From Rhodospirillaceae bacterium (lineage in GTDB: Bacteria > Pseudomonadota > Alphaproteobacteria > Reyranellales > JAQSWP01), in NCBI GenBank assembly GCA_040255215.1, contig JBDZUM010000003.1, forward strand, positions 8,673 to 72,672: DNA of 64,000 bases. Reading direction: 5' to 3'. Positions 44,206 to 53,410 of this stretch are shown here, piece after piece. Below the pieces are notes generated by a model that saw only the letters and a program-made list of their open reading frames with translations, was not told where the DNA came from and did no database searches. Each line of letters begins with the position of its first letter. Position 1 is the first letter of the stretch. Both the position numbers and the translations under genes were made by a program.

Positions 44206-45435
44206 ATGTCGGACACCGCCGCCCCGCGGCCGGAGGCTCCCAAGCATGACCCGGAGACCCTGGTCCTCAAGGCCACACCGCGCCGCACCGTTCGCTTCAA
44301 GCGCAAGCTGCTGATCGGCATCGCCGCGGTCGCCTGCGGCGGGGTGCTCGGCGTGACCTGGCTGGCGCTCCAGGGACCGGGGATGCGGATTGGCCAGCAA
44401 GGCCAGGAGCTTTACAGCACCGAGCGCAAGCCGACGCCCGAGGGTCTCGCCGGCCTGCCCGGCGACTATGGGCAGATGCGTCCCGGCACGCCGCAGCTCG
44501 GCCCGCCGCTGCCGGGCGATCTCGGCGGACCCATCCTGGAGCGCCAGCGCCAGCTCGGGATCGTGCCGGGCGCCAGCATGGACGACCAGGCCGCCCTGGC
44601 CGAGCGTCAGCGCCTCGCCCAGCAGGCTCAGAAGGCACGAGAAGCGGGCGTGTTCTTCCAGATTGCCACTCGGCCTGCGCCAGCCGCCACATCGAGCGCG
44701 GGGCAGGGCGCCAGCATCGCGACGGCGGGCGAGCTCCCGCCGACAGCGGACGCCGATCGGCTTAATCTCGATCCTGAGCGCGATCAGAACAACCAGCAGC
44801 GCAAGCTCGACTTCCTGAACCAGCCCGTCGAGAAGAGCATCTACAATCCTCACGCGCTTCAGACGCCGGCGTCGCCCTATCAGGTGATGGCGGGCAGCAT
44901 CATCGCCGCCAGCCTCGTGACGGGCCTGAACTCGGACCTGCCGGGTGCCGTCGTCGCCCAGGTGACGGAGAACGTCTACGACAGCGTCACCGGTCGCACG
45001 CTGTTGATCCCACAGGGCGCGCGGCTGATCGGCAGCTATGACAGCGTCATCGCCTTCGGACAGTCGCGTGCGCTCTTGGTCTGGCGGCGCATCGTTCTGC
45101 CCGATGGCTCCTCCAGTCAGATCGAGAATCTGCCCGCGACCGATGCCGCTGGCTACGCCGGGCTCGAGGACGAGGTCGACTTCCACACCTGGCGGCTGAT
45201 CAAGGGCGTGGTCCTCTCGACGCTGCTCGGCGTCGGCACCGAGCTCAGCCTCGGCGGTGAGGAGAGCGATCTGGTCCGGGCTCTGCGGGAATCCACCCAG
45301 CAGAACGCCAACCGCGCCGGCCAGCGCCTCACCGAGCGGAACCTCAACATCCAGCCGACCATCACCGTCCGCCCCGGCTGGCCGCTGCGCGTGATCGTCC
45401 ACAGGGATCTCGTGCTCAGGCCCTATCGCGGATGA
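44206..45435 (+). CDS. trbI: TrbI (VirB10-like)
   Basis: N-terminal TM segment, Pro-rich linker, C-terminal GSIIAASLVTGLNSDLPG ... RPGWPLRVIV. Confidence 0.9.
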   Translation: MSDTAAPRPEAPKHDPETLVLKATPRRTVRFKRKLLIGIAAVACGGVLGVTWLALQGPGMRIGQQGQELYSTERKPTPEGLAGLPGDYGQMRPGTPQLGPPLPGDLGGPILERQRQLGIVPGASMDDQAALAERQRLAQQAQKAREAGVFFQIATRPAPAATSSAGQGASIATAGELPPTADADRLNLDPERDQNNQQRKLDFLNQPVEKSIYNPHALQTPASPYQVMAGSIIAASLVTGLNSDLPGAVVAQVTENVYDSVTGRTLLIPQGARLIGSYDSVIAFGQSRALLVWRRIVLPDGSSSQIENLPATDAAGYAGLEDEVDFHTWRLIKGVVLSTLLGVGTELSLGGEESDLVRALRESTQQNANRAGQRLTERNLNIQPTITVRPGWPLRVIVHRDLVLRPYRG

Positions 45436-45448
45436 AAGGAGCAGGCCC

Positions 45449-45751
45449 ATGTCCGAACTGAAGCTCGGCAAGCTGCCCGACCGGACGCCGGTCAAGATCG
45501 CCATCACGGTGAGTCCCGACCTCAACCAGGCGCTTCGGGATTATGCCGCGATCTATCGCGCGACCTATGGTGAGGCCGAATCCGTCGCCGACCTGATCCC
45601 GTTCATGCTCGGCGCGTTTCTGGAAAGCGACCGCGGCTTCGCCAGGGCGCGAAAGACGGTGTCGCTCGACGCCCCTGTTGAGACGGCGCGGGACCGCCGT
45701 ACCCGCCGCTCTCTATCCGAACCCCCGTCAACCACGAGCCAGGAGGAGTAA
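45449..45751 (+). CDS. DUF2274-family protein
   Basis: MSELKLGKLPDRTPVKIAITVSPDLNQALRDYAAIY. Canonical position after trbI. Confidence 0.8.
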   Translation: MSELKLGKLPDRTPVKIAITVSPDLNQALRDYAAIYRATYGEAESVADLIPFMLGAFLESDRGFARARKTVSLDAPVETARDRRTRRSLSEPPSTTSQEE

Positions 45752-45755
45752 GACC

Positions 45756-46088
45756 ATGTCTGTGATCGGCACATTCACGCCCGCCAAGGATGGCGGCTGG
45801 ACCGGTTCCATCCACACGCTGACGATCAACACGAAGGTGCGGCTTGTCCCGAACGACAACCGCGACAACGAGAACGCGCCGGTGTTCCGGGTGTTCGTCG
45901 GCCAGTCCCGCGTCGGCGACGCCTGGGCGGCGCGCTCCAGCGGCGACAGCCCGAAGGACTACCTTCGCGTCCGCCTCGACGACCCCAGCCTGCCGGGACC
46001 CATCAGCGCCGCCCTGTTCCAATCCGAGGACGGGAACGAGGCGCAGCTCGTCTGGAGCAGGCGGAAGGCGGAGGGGGCTACGAAATAG
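45756..46088 (+). CDS. DUF736-family protein (copy 2)
   Basis: MSVIGTFTPAKDGGWTGSIHTLTINTKVRLVPNDNRDNENAPVFRVF. Paralogue of 23362-23694. Confidence 0.8.
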   Translation: MSVIGTFTPAKDGGWTGSIHTLTINTKVRLVPNDNRDNENAPVFRVFVGQSRVGDAWAARSSGDSPKDYLRVRLDDPSLPGPISAALFQSEDGNEAQLVWSRRKAEGATK

Positions 46089-46112
46089 GCTCTCTGTCCT
46101 GAGATCGGAGAA

Positions 46113-46226
46113 AGCCATATTGCATATATGGTTTGGATCAATTTTGACGTAGTACGTTGGTTCGATCGCCGCTTTACCATTGACGGGCGAAGCCATATCT
46201 AATATATGGTTATGATCGAATTTGTC
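46113..46226 (+). promoter_or_regulatory. Two direct copies of an approximately 35-bp palindrome-containing box upstream of abiEi (candidate AbiEi operators/promoter)
   Basis: AGCCATATtgcATATATGGTTtgGATCaATTTTG (46113-46147) and AGCCATATctaATATATGGTTatGATCgAATTTG (46191-46226). Each contains CCATAT..ATATGG. AT-rich spacer. Confidence 0.6.
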
Positions 46227-46246
46227 AAAGTAAGTCCGAAACCGCC

Positions 46247-47056
46247 ATGTCCCGGCTCCTATCCGCGCCCTTCTTCAGCGCTCACCCGGTCTTCAGCCGC
46301 GCCGAATATGCCGCCGCTGTCGGCCGTCGCCCGCAAGACAAGGTCGTCACGGTGATGCTCACCCAGCATCTTCAAGCGGGCAACATCCGGCGCATCGCGC
46401 GGGGCGTCTTCGCGTCCGTGCCCAAGCATGCCGACGCCGGGAAATGGTCCGTCGACCGCTTCCTAGCCGCCTCCCGTCTGCGCCGTGGCGGCGTGATCGC
46501 CTATCACTCGGCCCTCGAGCTGCACGGCTGCGCCTACACCGAGGGCCATGAGGTGCAGGTGATCGCGCGCGGCGACCCCGGCCTCTTCGAGGCGGTCGGC
46601 TTGACCTGCCGGTTCGTCAAGCCGCCGCGCGGCTTCGCCCAACGCAATGGGGCATTAACTGACGGCGTCACGGCGGTCGACCGCCTGGGGCTGGAGGTCT
46701 GTGTGACGACGATCGAGCGGACGATCGCGGATCTGTTCGACCGCTATGACCTGGCCGGCGGCGCGGAGGAACTCTTCAACTCGCTGGACCTGGTCGCACG
46801 CGTCGACGCCGAGGCGCTGGTCCGGTACGCGCGCGCACTCGGCAATGCCACGGCCGCTGGCGCGCTGGGCTCCTGGCTGGAGCGCGAGCAGAAACGGCTG
46901 GGTGTGCCGGACCGTGCGCTCGAAGAGCTCCGCACGCTGGCGCCGTCCCAGGCGCGATATGCGCTGGGCACCAAATCGGGCGAGGGTAGGACAGCCAAGG
47001 GCTGGAACGTCATCCTCCCCATCGACATCGTCGAACGCCGGTTTGAGGGGCTGTGA
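46247..47056 (+). CDS. abiEi: AbiEi-family type IV antitoxin/transcriptional regulator
   Basis: 269 aa. N-terminal winged-helix-like region and C-terminal AbiEi-like region. Stop is adjacent to the ATG of the AbiEii gene. Confidence 0.75.
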   Translation: MSRLLSAPFFSAHPVFSRAEYAAAVGRRPQDKVVTVMLTQHLQAGNIRRIARGVFASVPKHADAGKWSVDRFLAASRLRRGGVIAYHSALELHGCAYTEGHEVQVIARGDPGLFEAVGLTCRFVKPPRGFAQRNGALTDGVTAVDRLGLEVCVTTIERTIADLFDRYDLAGGAEELFNSLDLVARVDAEALVRYARALGNATAAGALGSWLEREQKRLGVPDRALEELRTLAPSQARYALGTKSGEGRTAKGWNVILPIDIVERRFEGL

Positions 47057-48034
47057 ATGGCGGCGCCCTCGGTCCAAACACTGCAGCGCATTGCGGACGA
47101 GACCGGCCACCAGCTCGGCACGCTCGAAAAGGTGCTGCGGCTCCTGGACCTGTTGCAGGAGATCGCCCGCGATCCAGACCTGTCGGAGCGACTCGTCCTC
47201 AAGGGCGGAACGGCGCTGAATGTCTTCCACCTCGGCCTCGACCGACTCTCGGTCGATATCGACTTGAACTACATAGGCGCGCTCGACCGGGCGGTGATGG
47301 AGACCGAGCGCCCAACCGTCGACGCTGCGCTCAATCGTCTCCTCGCTTCCCAGGGTTACAGCGTCCGCCGTCAGCCCGACGAGCACGCTGGCGGCAAGTG
47401 GCTGTCGCGCTACTCGTCCGCGCTTGGCGGCAATGCCACGCTGGAGCTCGATGTCAACTACATGGCGCGCCAGCCCCTGTTTGGCGCGGCCCGCATGGAG
47501 TCGCGTCCCCTCGGCAAAATACACGCGAGCGACGTTCTCGTTCTCGACCTCCATGAAATCGTCGCCGGCAAGCTCGTCGCACTCGTTGACCGGCATGCCG
47601 CGCGCGATCTGTTCGATGCGCGCCGCATACTATCGATCGACGGGCTCGACTGGAGCGGGATCAAGGCCGCCGTTCTGGCTATCGGCGCCTGTGGGCGGCG
47701 CGACTGGCGGACCATGTCGGTCGACGCCATCAAAGGCGATCCGCGCGAGCTTCGCCAGAAGCTCGCGATCTGCCTGCCGCGCGACTGTTTTGCCGCCAAG
47801 GGAGACGTCGACGCGTGGATCGAAGAGACCGTGGCGCTTTGCCGGGAAAGATTCGCCTTCCTGTTCAATCTGTCGGCGAACGAGCGCGAGTTTCTCGATC
47901 GCGTTCTCGATCGGGGCGAAATTAATGCAGATCTGCTCGACGTCGCCCCCGAGATAGGTGCTCGAATTGAGGCTATGCCGATGCTTGCGTGGAAGTGCCT
48001 CCATGTCCGGAAAAACCGAGGATTGGACCGCTGA
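47057..48034 (+). CDS. abiEii: AbiEii/AbiGii-family nucleotidyltransferase toxin
   Basis: LVLKGGTALNVFHLGLDRLSVDIDLNY (GG...DxD nucleotidyltransferase motif). 325 aa. Confidence 0.8.
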   Translation: MAAPSVQTLQRIADETGHQLGTLEKVLRLLDLLQEIARDPDLSERLVLKGGTALNVFHLGLDRLSVDIDLNYIGALDRAVMETERPTVDAALNRLLASQGYSVRRQPDEHAGGKWLSRYSSALGGNATLELDVNYMARQPLFGAARMESRPLGKIHASDVLVLDLHEIVAGKLVALVDRHAARDLFDARRILSIDGLDWSGIKAAVLAIGACGRRDWRTMSVDAIKGDPRELRQKLAICLPRDCFAAKGDVDAWIEETVALCRERFAFLFNLSANEREFLDRVLDRGEINADLLDVAPEIGARIEAMPMLAWKCLHVRKNRGLDR

Positions 48035-48258
48035 CCGAATGGAACCGGTGAGGATCTCATCATCTGATCAAAGCCTCCGACGACCGGTCCGGCTCGTCCT
48101 CTTCAATCGCGCGTCCTTTGGAGTCAATTTGGCCGTGCCTCTCGCTATCGGCTCGGCGTTGCTATTTGCCGGCAATGTCGATTTTCTCGAAGACACGTCC
48201 GAGCCCCGTCGCGGTCCGCGACACCTTTGCGCTCGACAGGGTACTTGCTGCAGTCTAT

Positions 48259-48609
48259 ATGGTTCTAGTGACTAAGTTCGTCCGGATATTCGTGTTCGCC
48301 TTGCTCACCGCATTTGCGGTGGGTTCGGTCGCGCACGCGACGAGCGCAACCGCCATGTCGCTTAAAATGGCACTCGCCGATGGCGGCGCCATGGATATGG
48401 CCGACTGTCAGGGCTGCGGCTCCGACAACGAAGGCGACGATGGCGGGCTTGGTTGTGACATGGTCTGCGTCGCTCCGCTTCTGGCCAGTCTCAGCCCGGA
48501 GGGCAGCGTTCCGGCGGTGACCGGTATATCTCCGTCGGCCCGCGCCTTTTACGACCTTGTCGGACGGACGGGTCCGCCCGAACCCTACCCTCCCCGAACG
48601 CTCATCTGA
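48259..48609 (+). CDS. Small secreted Cys-rich protein preceding multicopper oxidase 1
   Basis: Signal peptide FVFALLTAFAVGSVAHA. CQGCGSD...GCDMVCVAP. C-terminal PPEPYPPRTLI. Weak paralogue at 56717. Confidence 0.5.
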   Translation: MVLVTKFVRIFVFALLTAFAVGSVAHATSATAMSLKMALADGGAMDMADCQGCGSDNEGDDGGLGCDMVCVAPLLASLSPEGSVPAVTGISPSARAFYDLVGRTGPPEPYPPRTLI

Positions 48610-48750
48610 TCGGACGCCGGTCGGGGTACGCTCCGACCGCTGCGCCCTGCTGCGCTTCCCGGGCAATCGCACGGGCAGCCGCCGCTCAATGCATGTGCAG
48701 ACCCGAGTCTGCGCATCCGAAGCACAGCGGAAATCAGATGAGAGCGAACC

Positions 48751-50223
48751 ATGTCACCGATCACCCTGGCGCTATCGCGCCGGACTTTACTGAAGGCGTG
48801 CGCCGCCGGCGCTGCCAGCCTGGGAATGCCCGGTCTCATGTTTCCCGCGCGGGCGGCCGGCATCCGGGAGTTTTCCTTGCGGGCCGCACCGGGACGGGCG
48901 CGGCTCGTGTCGGAGCCGCACCGCGAAACACCTGCCTGGTGCTATAACGGAACTGTCCCCGGACCTGAAATCCGCGTCCGTCAGGGCGAGCGCCTCCGGA
49001 TCACCGTCGAGAACGGGCTCGCCGAAGAGACCACCGTCCACTGGCACGGGCTCAGGGTGCCGAACGCCATGGATGGCGTCCCGCATCTCAACCAGCCGCC
49101 GATTGCGCCGGGCAAAAGCTTCTTCTACGAGTTCGACGCGGTCGATGCCGGTACCTTCTGGTATCACCCGCATCAGCGCAGTTTCGAGCAGGTCGGGCGC
49201 GGCCTCTACGGGCCGCTGATCGTCGAGGAGCCCGCACCTCCCCAGGTAGATCGGGAACTCTTCTGGGTGCTCGACGACTGGCGCCTCACCAGGTCCGCCG
49301 AGATCAGCGACGACTTCGGCAACGGCCATGACATGAGCCACAATGGCCGGATCGGCAACACCGTCACGATCAATGGTCGCGTGCCGGACGCGCTTCCGGT
49401 GCGAAGCGGCGAGCGCATCCGGCTGCGGCTCATCAATGCCGCGAACGCACGCATCTTCGGGCTCGACTTCCAGGGCCATGCACCAACGGTCATCGCGCTC
49501 GACGGCCAGCCGGTTACGCCGCATGCGCCCGCGGGCGGTCTCGTCGTGCTCGGGCCAGCCATGCGGGCCGACATCATGCTCGACATGACCGGAAAGCCAA
49601 ACAGCCGTGTGACGGTCAGCGACCGCTTCTACCGGGGCCTCGAATACCGGCTGATCGACCTCGTCTATGACCAGAGACCGGTGAGAGACACTGTACCCGA
49701 CTGGCCCATCGCGCTTCCCGCGAACCCGTTGCCCGAACCCGATCTCGCCGAAGCCCGTCGCCATGAGGTGATCTTCAACGGCGGCATGATGGGCGCGATG
49801 GTGATGGCGAAGATGGGCGGCAGCATGGGCGAAGGCGGCCGGACCGGCATGGCCAGCGGCATGATGCGCGGCATGATGGGAATGATGCACGGGCAGGGCA
49901 TCTGGTTCGTCAACGGCAAGGCCGCCGAAGGCCATGTGCTCGACCCGATGCTGACGCTCGACCTCGACCGTTCGCATGTCATCGCCATGACCAATGCGAC
50001 GGCGTGGCACCATCCGATCCACCTGCACGGCCATTCCTTCCGGGTGATCTCGCGCAACGACGCGCCGACGCCGCACCGCGAATGGCAGGACACGGTGCTG
50101 ATGGCGCCTCGGGAGAAGGTCGAGGTTGCCTTCGTGGCCGACAATCCCGGCGACTGGATGTTTCACTGCCACATCCTCGAACACCAGGCTGGCGGGATGA
50201 TGGGCGTCATCCGCGTCACCTGA
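48751..50223 (+). CDS. Multicopper oxidase (Tat-exported) with Met-rich insert
   Basis: Tat signal SRRTLLKACAAGAASLG. Copper sites HWHGL, HPHQ, HPIHLHGH and HCHILEHQAGGMMG. Met-rich segment GGMMGAMVMAKMGG. Confidence 0.9.
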   Translation: MSPITLALSRRTLLKACAAGAASLGMPGLMFPARAAGIREFSLRAAPGRARLVSEPHRETPAWCYNGTVPGPEIRVRQGERLRITVENGLAEETTVHWHGLRVPNAMDGVPHLNQPPIAPGKSFFYEFDAVDAGTFWYHPHQRSFEQVGRGLYGPLIVEEPAPPQVDRELFWVLDDWRLTRSAEISDDFGNGHDMSHNGRIGNTVTINGRVPDALPVRSGERIRLRLINAANARIFGLDFQGHAPTVIALDGQPVTPHAPAGGLVVLGPAMRADIMLDMTGKPNSRVTVSDRFYRGLEYRLIDLVYDQRPVRDTVPDWPIALPANPLPEPDLAEARRHEVIFNGGMMGAMVMAKMGGSMGEGGRTGMASGMMRGMMGMMHGQGIWFVNGKAAEGHVLDPMLTLDLDRSHVIAMTNATAWHHPIHLHGHSFRVISRNDAPTPHREWQDTVLMAPREKVEVAFVADNPGDWMFHCHILEHQAGGMMGVIRVT

Positions 50224-50247
50224 TCCAGAGATTCAAGGAGAACCACC

Positions 50248-50694
50248 ATGCACAAGATCATCGTCGCCGCCCTCGCCGCAGTAATTCTCGGTGCAGGCGT
50301 CTATTTCACGAACGCATCGCTCGCGGTCGCCGAGGACGTGACCCTCTACAAGAACCCGCAATGCGGCTGCTGCGAAGCCTATGCCGACTATCTGCGCGAC
50401 AACGATTTTACCGTCACCGTCAAGCCGACCCACGAGCTCGTCACCATGAGCCGCGATGCCGGCATCCCGGACGACTTCCAGGGCTGCCACCTCGCCTTCA
50501 TCGACGATTACGTGGTGAGCGGTCATGTCCCCATTGGAACGGTGAATCGCCTGCTCTCGGAGCGTCCCGACATCAAGGGCGTGACTTTGCCCGGCATGCC
50601 GATGGGATCGCCCGGCATGAGCGGCGCCAAGACCGAACCTTTCACGATCTACGCCGTGGGTGACGGCAAGCCGTCCGTATACGCGGTCGAATAG
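50248..50694 (+). CDS. DUF411 (CopG-like) periplasmic metal-binding protein
   Basis: Signal peptide, CGCCEAY motif, GMPMGSPGM. Confidence 0.85.
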   Translation: MHKIIVAALAAVILGAGVYFTNASLAVAEDVTLYKNPQCGCCEAYADYLRDNDFTVTVKPTHELVTMSRDAGIPDDFQGCHLAFIDDYVVSGHVPIGTVNRLLSERPDIKGVTLPGMPMGSPGMSGAKTEPFTIYAVGDGKPSVYAVE

Positions 50695-50706
50695 GGAGAT
50701 TTTCCG

Positions 50707-50862
50707 ATGAACAACGCACCGACCGGCATGGGTATGGGCATGATGGACGGCATGGGCGGCATGATGATGTGGGGCATGGGCCTTGTCTGGCTTCTCGTGA
50801 TCGTCCTGCTCGTCCTCGGCATCGCGGCGCTGGTCAAATACCTCTTCGTGGGCAAGCGCTGA
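50707..50862 (+). CDS. 51-aa Met/Gly-rich single-TM peptide (below the ORF-track cutoff)
   Basis: Own translation: MNNAPTGMGMGMMDGMGGMMMWGMGLVWLLVIVLLVLGIAALVKYLFVGKR. Stop overlaps the next ATG (TGATG). Confidence 0.55.
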   Translation: MNNAPTGMGMGMMDGMGGMMMWGMGLVWLLVIVLLVLGIAALVKYLFVGKR

Positions 50863-51326
50863 TGAACCGTGCCGTTCTTGGCGCCACGATACTACTCGGC
50901 GGAAGCGCCGTGGCCGGGCTGCTCTGGGTCGGACTTGACCGGAGCGGTCCGGGGGAGGAATCCGGCGAACGGCTCGAACGCGGGCGAGCGATCTATGCGG
51001 CGAATTGCGCGTCCTGTCATGGCGCGAAGCTCGAAGGCCAGCCGGACTGGAAGAGCCGCCTTCCATCCGGTCGCCTGCCCGCGCCGCCGCATGACGCCTC
51101 TGGCCACACCTGGCATCACCCCGACGCGGTTCTGTTCCGCATCACCAAGGAAGGACCTGCAGCCGTTGTTGGCGGCGGCTACCAGAGCGACATGCCCGGT
51201 TTCGCTGGCGTGCTGTCCGACGACGACATCCGCGCCGCCCTGGACTTCATCAAGAGCACCTGGCCGGAGCGAGAGCAGCAGTACCAGGCCGAGTTGGGCC
51301 GACGGGAAAGGGAGGCACGCCAATGA
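50862..51326 (+). CDS. c-type cytochrome
   Basis: Haem motif CASCHG, with a downstream Met ligand region SDMPGF. Confidence 0.8.
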   Translation: MNRAVLGATILLGGSAVAGLLWVGLDRSGPGEESGERLERGRAIYAANCASCHGAKLEGQPDWKSRLPSGRLPAPPHDASGHTWHHPDAVLFRITKEGPAAVVGGGYQSDMPGFAGVLSDDDIRAALDFIKSTWPEREQQYQAELGRREREARQ

Positions 51327-51859
51327 AACCTTTTTCCGTGCTCGGGTTCCTGCTGGCGCTGGCTTTCTCGACCGCAACGATGGCGGACGGGCCGAATGCC
51401 GTCCCGCTGCACGACACGTCGCAGCTGCTACCGACAATCTTTTTTGCTGACGAACACGGCAACGCGCTCACGCTCGACCGCTGGCGCGGCAAGGTTGTCC
51501 TTCTCAACGTCTGGGCCACCTGGTGCGCCCCTTGCCGCCATGAGATGCCGACACTGGACCGCCTTCAGGCAAAGCTCGGCAGCGGGCGCTTCGAGGTCGT
51601 GGCCCTGTCGATCGACCGCGCCGGCGTCGGTGTCGTTCGTAAGTTCTTCGACGAGATCGGTATCCGGCATCTGGGTATCTTCATCGACGAGACGATGAAG
51701 GCATCGCGCGACCTCAGGATACTCGGCCTCCCGGGGACGTTGCTCATCGGGCCGGATGGGCGGGAGCTCGGCCGGCTGATCGGACCGGCTGAATGGGACA
51801 CACCGGAGATGGTCGCCTTCTTCGAGAGCGTCATCGCCGGGCAAACAGGAAAGGAATAG
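51323..51859 (+). CDS. TlpA-family thiol:disulfide oxidoreductase
   Basis: VWATWCAPCRHEMP, with a signal peptide. Confidence 0.85.
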   Translation: MKPFSVLGFLLALAFSTATMADGPNAVPLHDTSQLLPTIFFADEHGNALTLDRWRGKVVLLNVWATWCAPCRHEMPTLDRLQAKLGSGRFEVVALSIDRAGVGVVRKFFDEIGIRHLGIFIDETMKASRDLRILGLPGTLLIGPDGRELGRLIGPAEWDTPEMVAFFESVIAGQTGKE

Positions 51860-51864
51860 ACACG

Positions 51865-52161
51865 ATGATCACGAAACGGACCGCCGCAATTGCGACCCCG
51901 CGCATCCCATTGTTCCTCCGGATGCCCTGGCTGTCGAAACGTCGGATTGTGCTGCTTGCGGGTCTCGGGACGCTCGCCGCTGGACTTGCCCTGAACTGGG
52001 GCTGGCTGACGGCGGTCGGCGTGGCGCCGATCCTGCTCGCCCTCGCGCCCTGCGCCGCGATGTGCGCCCTCGGCCTGTGCATGCGCGGCGGTGGGGCAAA
52101 GTCCTGCGCGACCCATGGCGAGACGGATGCAGGCCCGTCGCCGCGGAGCCGACAGGAGTGA
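51865..52161 (+). CDS. Small Cys-containing membrane protein, unknown function
   Basis: Two TM segments. LALAPCAAMCALGLCM. Confidence 0.45.
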   Translation: MITKRTAAIATPRIPLFLRMPWLSKRRIVLLAGLGTLAAGLALNWGWLTAVGVAPILLALAPCAAMCALGLCMRGGGAKSCATHGETDAGPSPRSRQE

Positions 52162-52208
52162 TGTCGCCGACCGGTGTCATCGACCGCAAGGATGGCCAAG
52201 GAGAGCGT

Positions 52209-52901
52209 ATGAGTTTCGCTCGATTTACCGCTGTTCTGATCGGCGCGTTCGCTTTTGCCATGCCGGCATTGGCGCACCATCCGGGCGCCGACCTCGACCG
52301 GGTCATGGGCAGCAAGGAGCAGTTATTTCAGGCCATCGACAGCCCGGCCCCGCCCTTCGATCTGGCCGATGCCGACGGGAACATCGTGAAACTATCGGAC
52401 TTCGCCGACAGGATCGTCGTGCTGAACTTCATCTTTGCCAGCTGCACGGATGTCTGCCCGCTGCACTCCGCCCTGATCGCCGACGTCCAGTCGAAGATCA
52501 ACGTCACGTCGATGAAGGACATGATCCAGTTCATCACGGTGACGACCGACCCCGATCTCGACACGGCGGATGTTTTGAAGAGCTATGGCGAGGCGCATGG
52601 CCTCGACCCGTATAATTGGATGTTCCTGACCCGCCGTCCGGGCGACCCCGAGGACGCGACACGAACGCTTTCGGAGACCTATAAGGTCAGGTTCGAACCG
52701 CTGAATGATGGACAGCAGATGCATGGCGTCGTGACGCACGTGATCGACCGTGACGGGCGTTTCGCTGCCAAGTTCCACGGCTTGCGCTTCGAGCCGTTGA
52801 ACCTGGTGCATTACATCAACGGGCTGACCAACGCCTCCTCTCGCCCGTCCAGGCCGGCAGAGGCGGGCTGGTGGAACAGCGTGAAGGGGCTGTTCCGATG
52901 A
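52209..52901 (+). CDS. SCO1/SenC-family copper chaperone
   Basis: FIFASCTDVCP (CxxxC) and downstream conserved His (VTHVIDRDG). Confidence 0.85.
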   Translation: MSFARFTAVLIGAFAFAMPALAHHPGADLDRVMGSKEQLFQAIDSPAPPFDLADADGNIVKLSDFADRIVVLNFIFASCTDVCPLHSALIADVQSKINVTSMKDMIQFITVTTDPDLDTADVLKSYGEAHGLDPYNWMFLTRRPGDPEDATRTLSETYKVRFEPLNDGQQMHGVVTHVIDRDGRFAAKFHGLRFEPLNLVHYINGLTNASSRPSRPAEAGWWNSVKGLFR

Positions 52902-53410
52902 CGAACGTGAATTCGAGCAATGGACAATTCGCCGCCGCAGGGGCTGGCGAATGGCTGTCCGCGCTGCGTCGATACGTCGCCTTCGTCGCTGTCGCGAATC
53001 TCGTCTGGGAGTTCGCGCACATGCCGCTCTACACGTTGTGGGAAACGGGGTCGGCAGGGGACATCGTGTTTGCCGTCGTGCATTGCACGGGCGGCGACAT
53101 CCTGATCGCGCTCAGCGCGGTCATGCTGGCGCTGTTCCTCGCCGGCACTCCTACATGGCCAGCCGTAGGGACAGGCCGCATCGTCGTAATGACCCTGATG
53201 CTCGGGCTTGGCTACACGCTTTTCAGCGAATGGCTCAACATCGAAGTGCGGCAGGCATGGGCCTACCGGGATCTGATGCCGGTCATCCCCATCATAGACG
53301 CCGGACTCAGTCCGGTGCTGCAATGGATATTTGTTCCACTGACGGCGTTCCGCGTCGCGACCGGCAGGTGGTTCGGACTGACCAGAACGGCGGGCGGTGC
53401 CGATGCTTGA
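52898..53410 (+). CDS. Integral membrane protein, unknown function
   Basis: ATGA overlap with the SCO gene. Four or five TM segments. Confidence 0.5.
   Translation: MTNVNSSNGQFAAAGAGEWLSALRRYVAFVAVANLVWEFAHMPLYTLWETGSAGDIVFAVVHCTGGDILIALSAVMLALFLAGTPTWPAVGTGRIVVMTLMLGLGYTLFSEWLNIEVRQAWAYRDLMPVIPIIDAGLSPVLQWIFVPLTAFRVATGRWFGLTRTAGGADA

Noticed and set aside
34230-45525. Long antisense or out-of-frame ORFs over the Mpf genes (34230-35981, 36123-37334, 37756-40083, 40074-42173, 41408-43132 part, 42237-43160, 44191-45525)
   Set aside because: Each overlaps a T4SS gene with diagnostic Walker or TM features. The translations are compositionally biased and lack motifs. Only the trbG portion (43133-44194) of ORF 41408-44194 is real.
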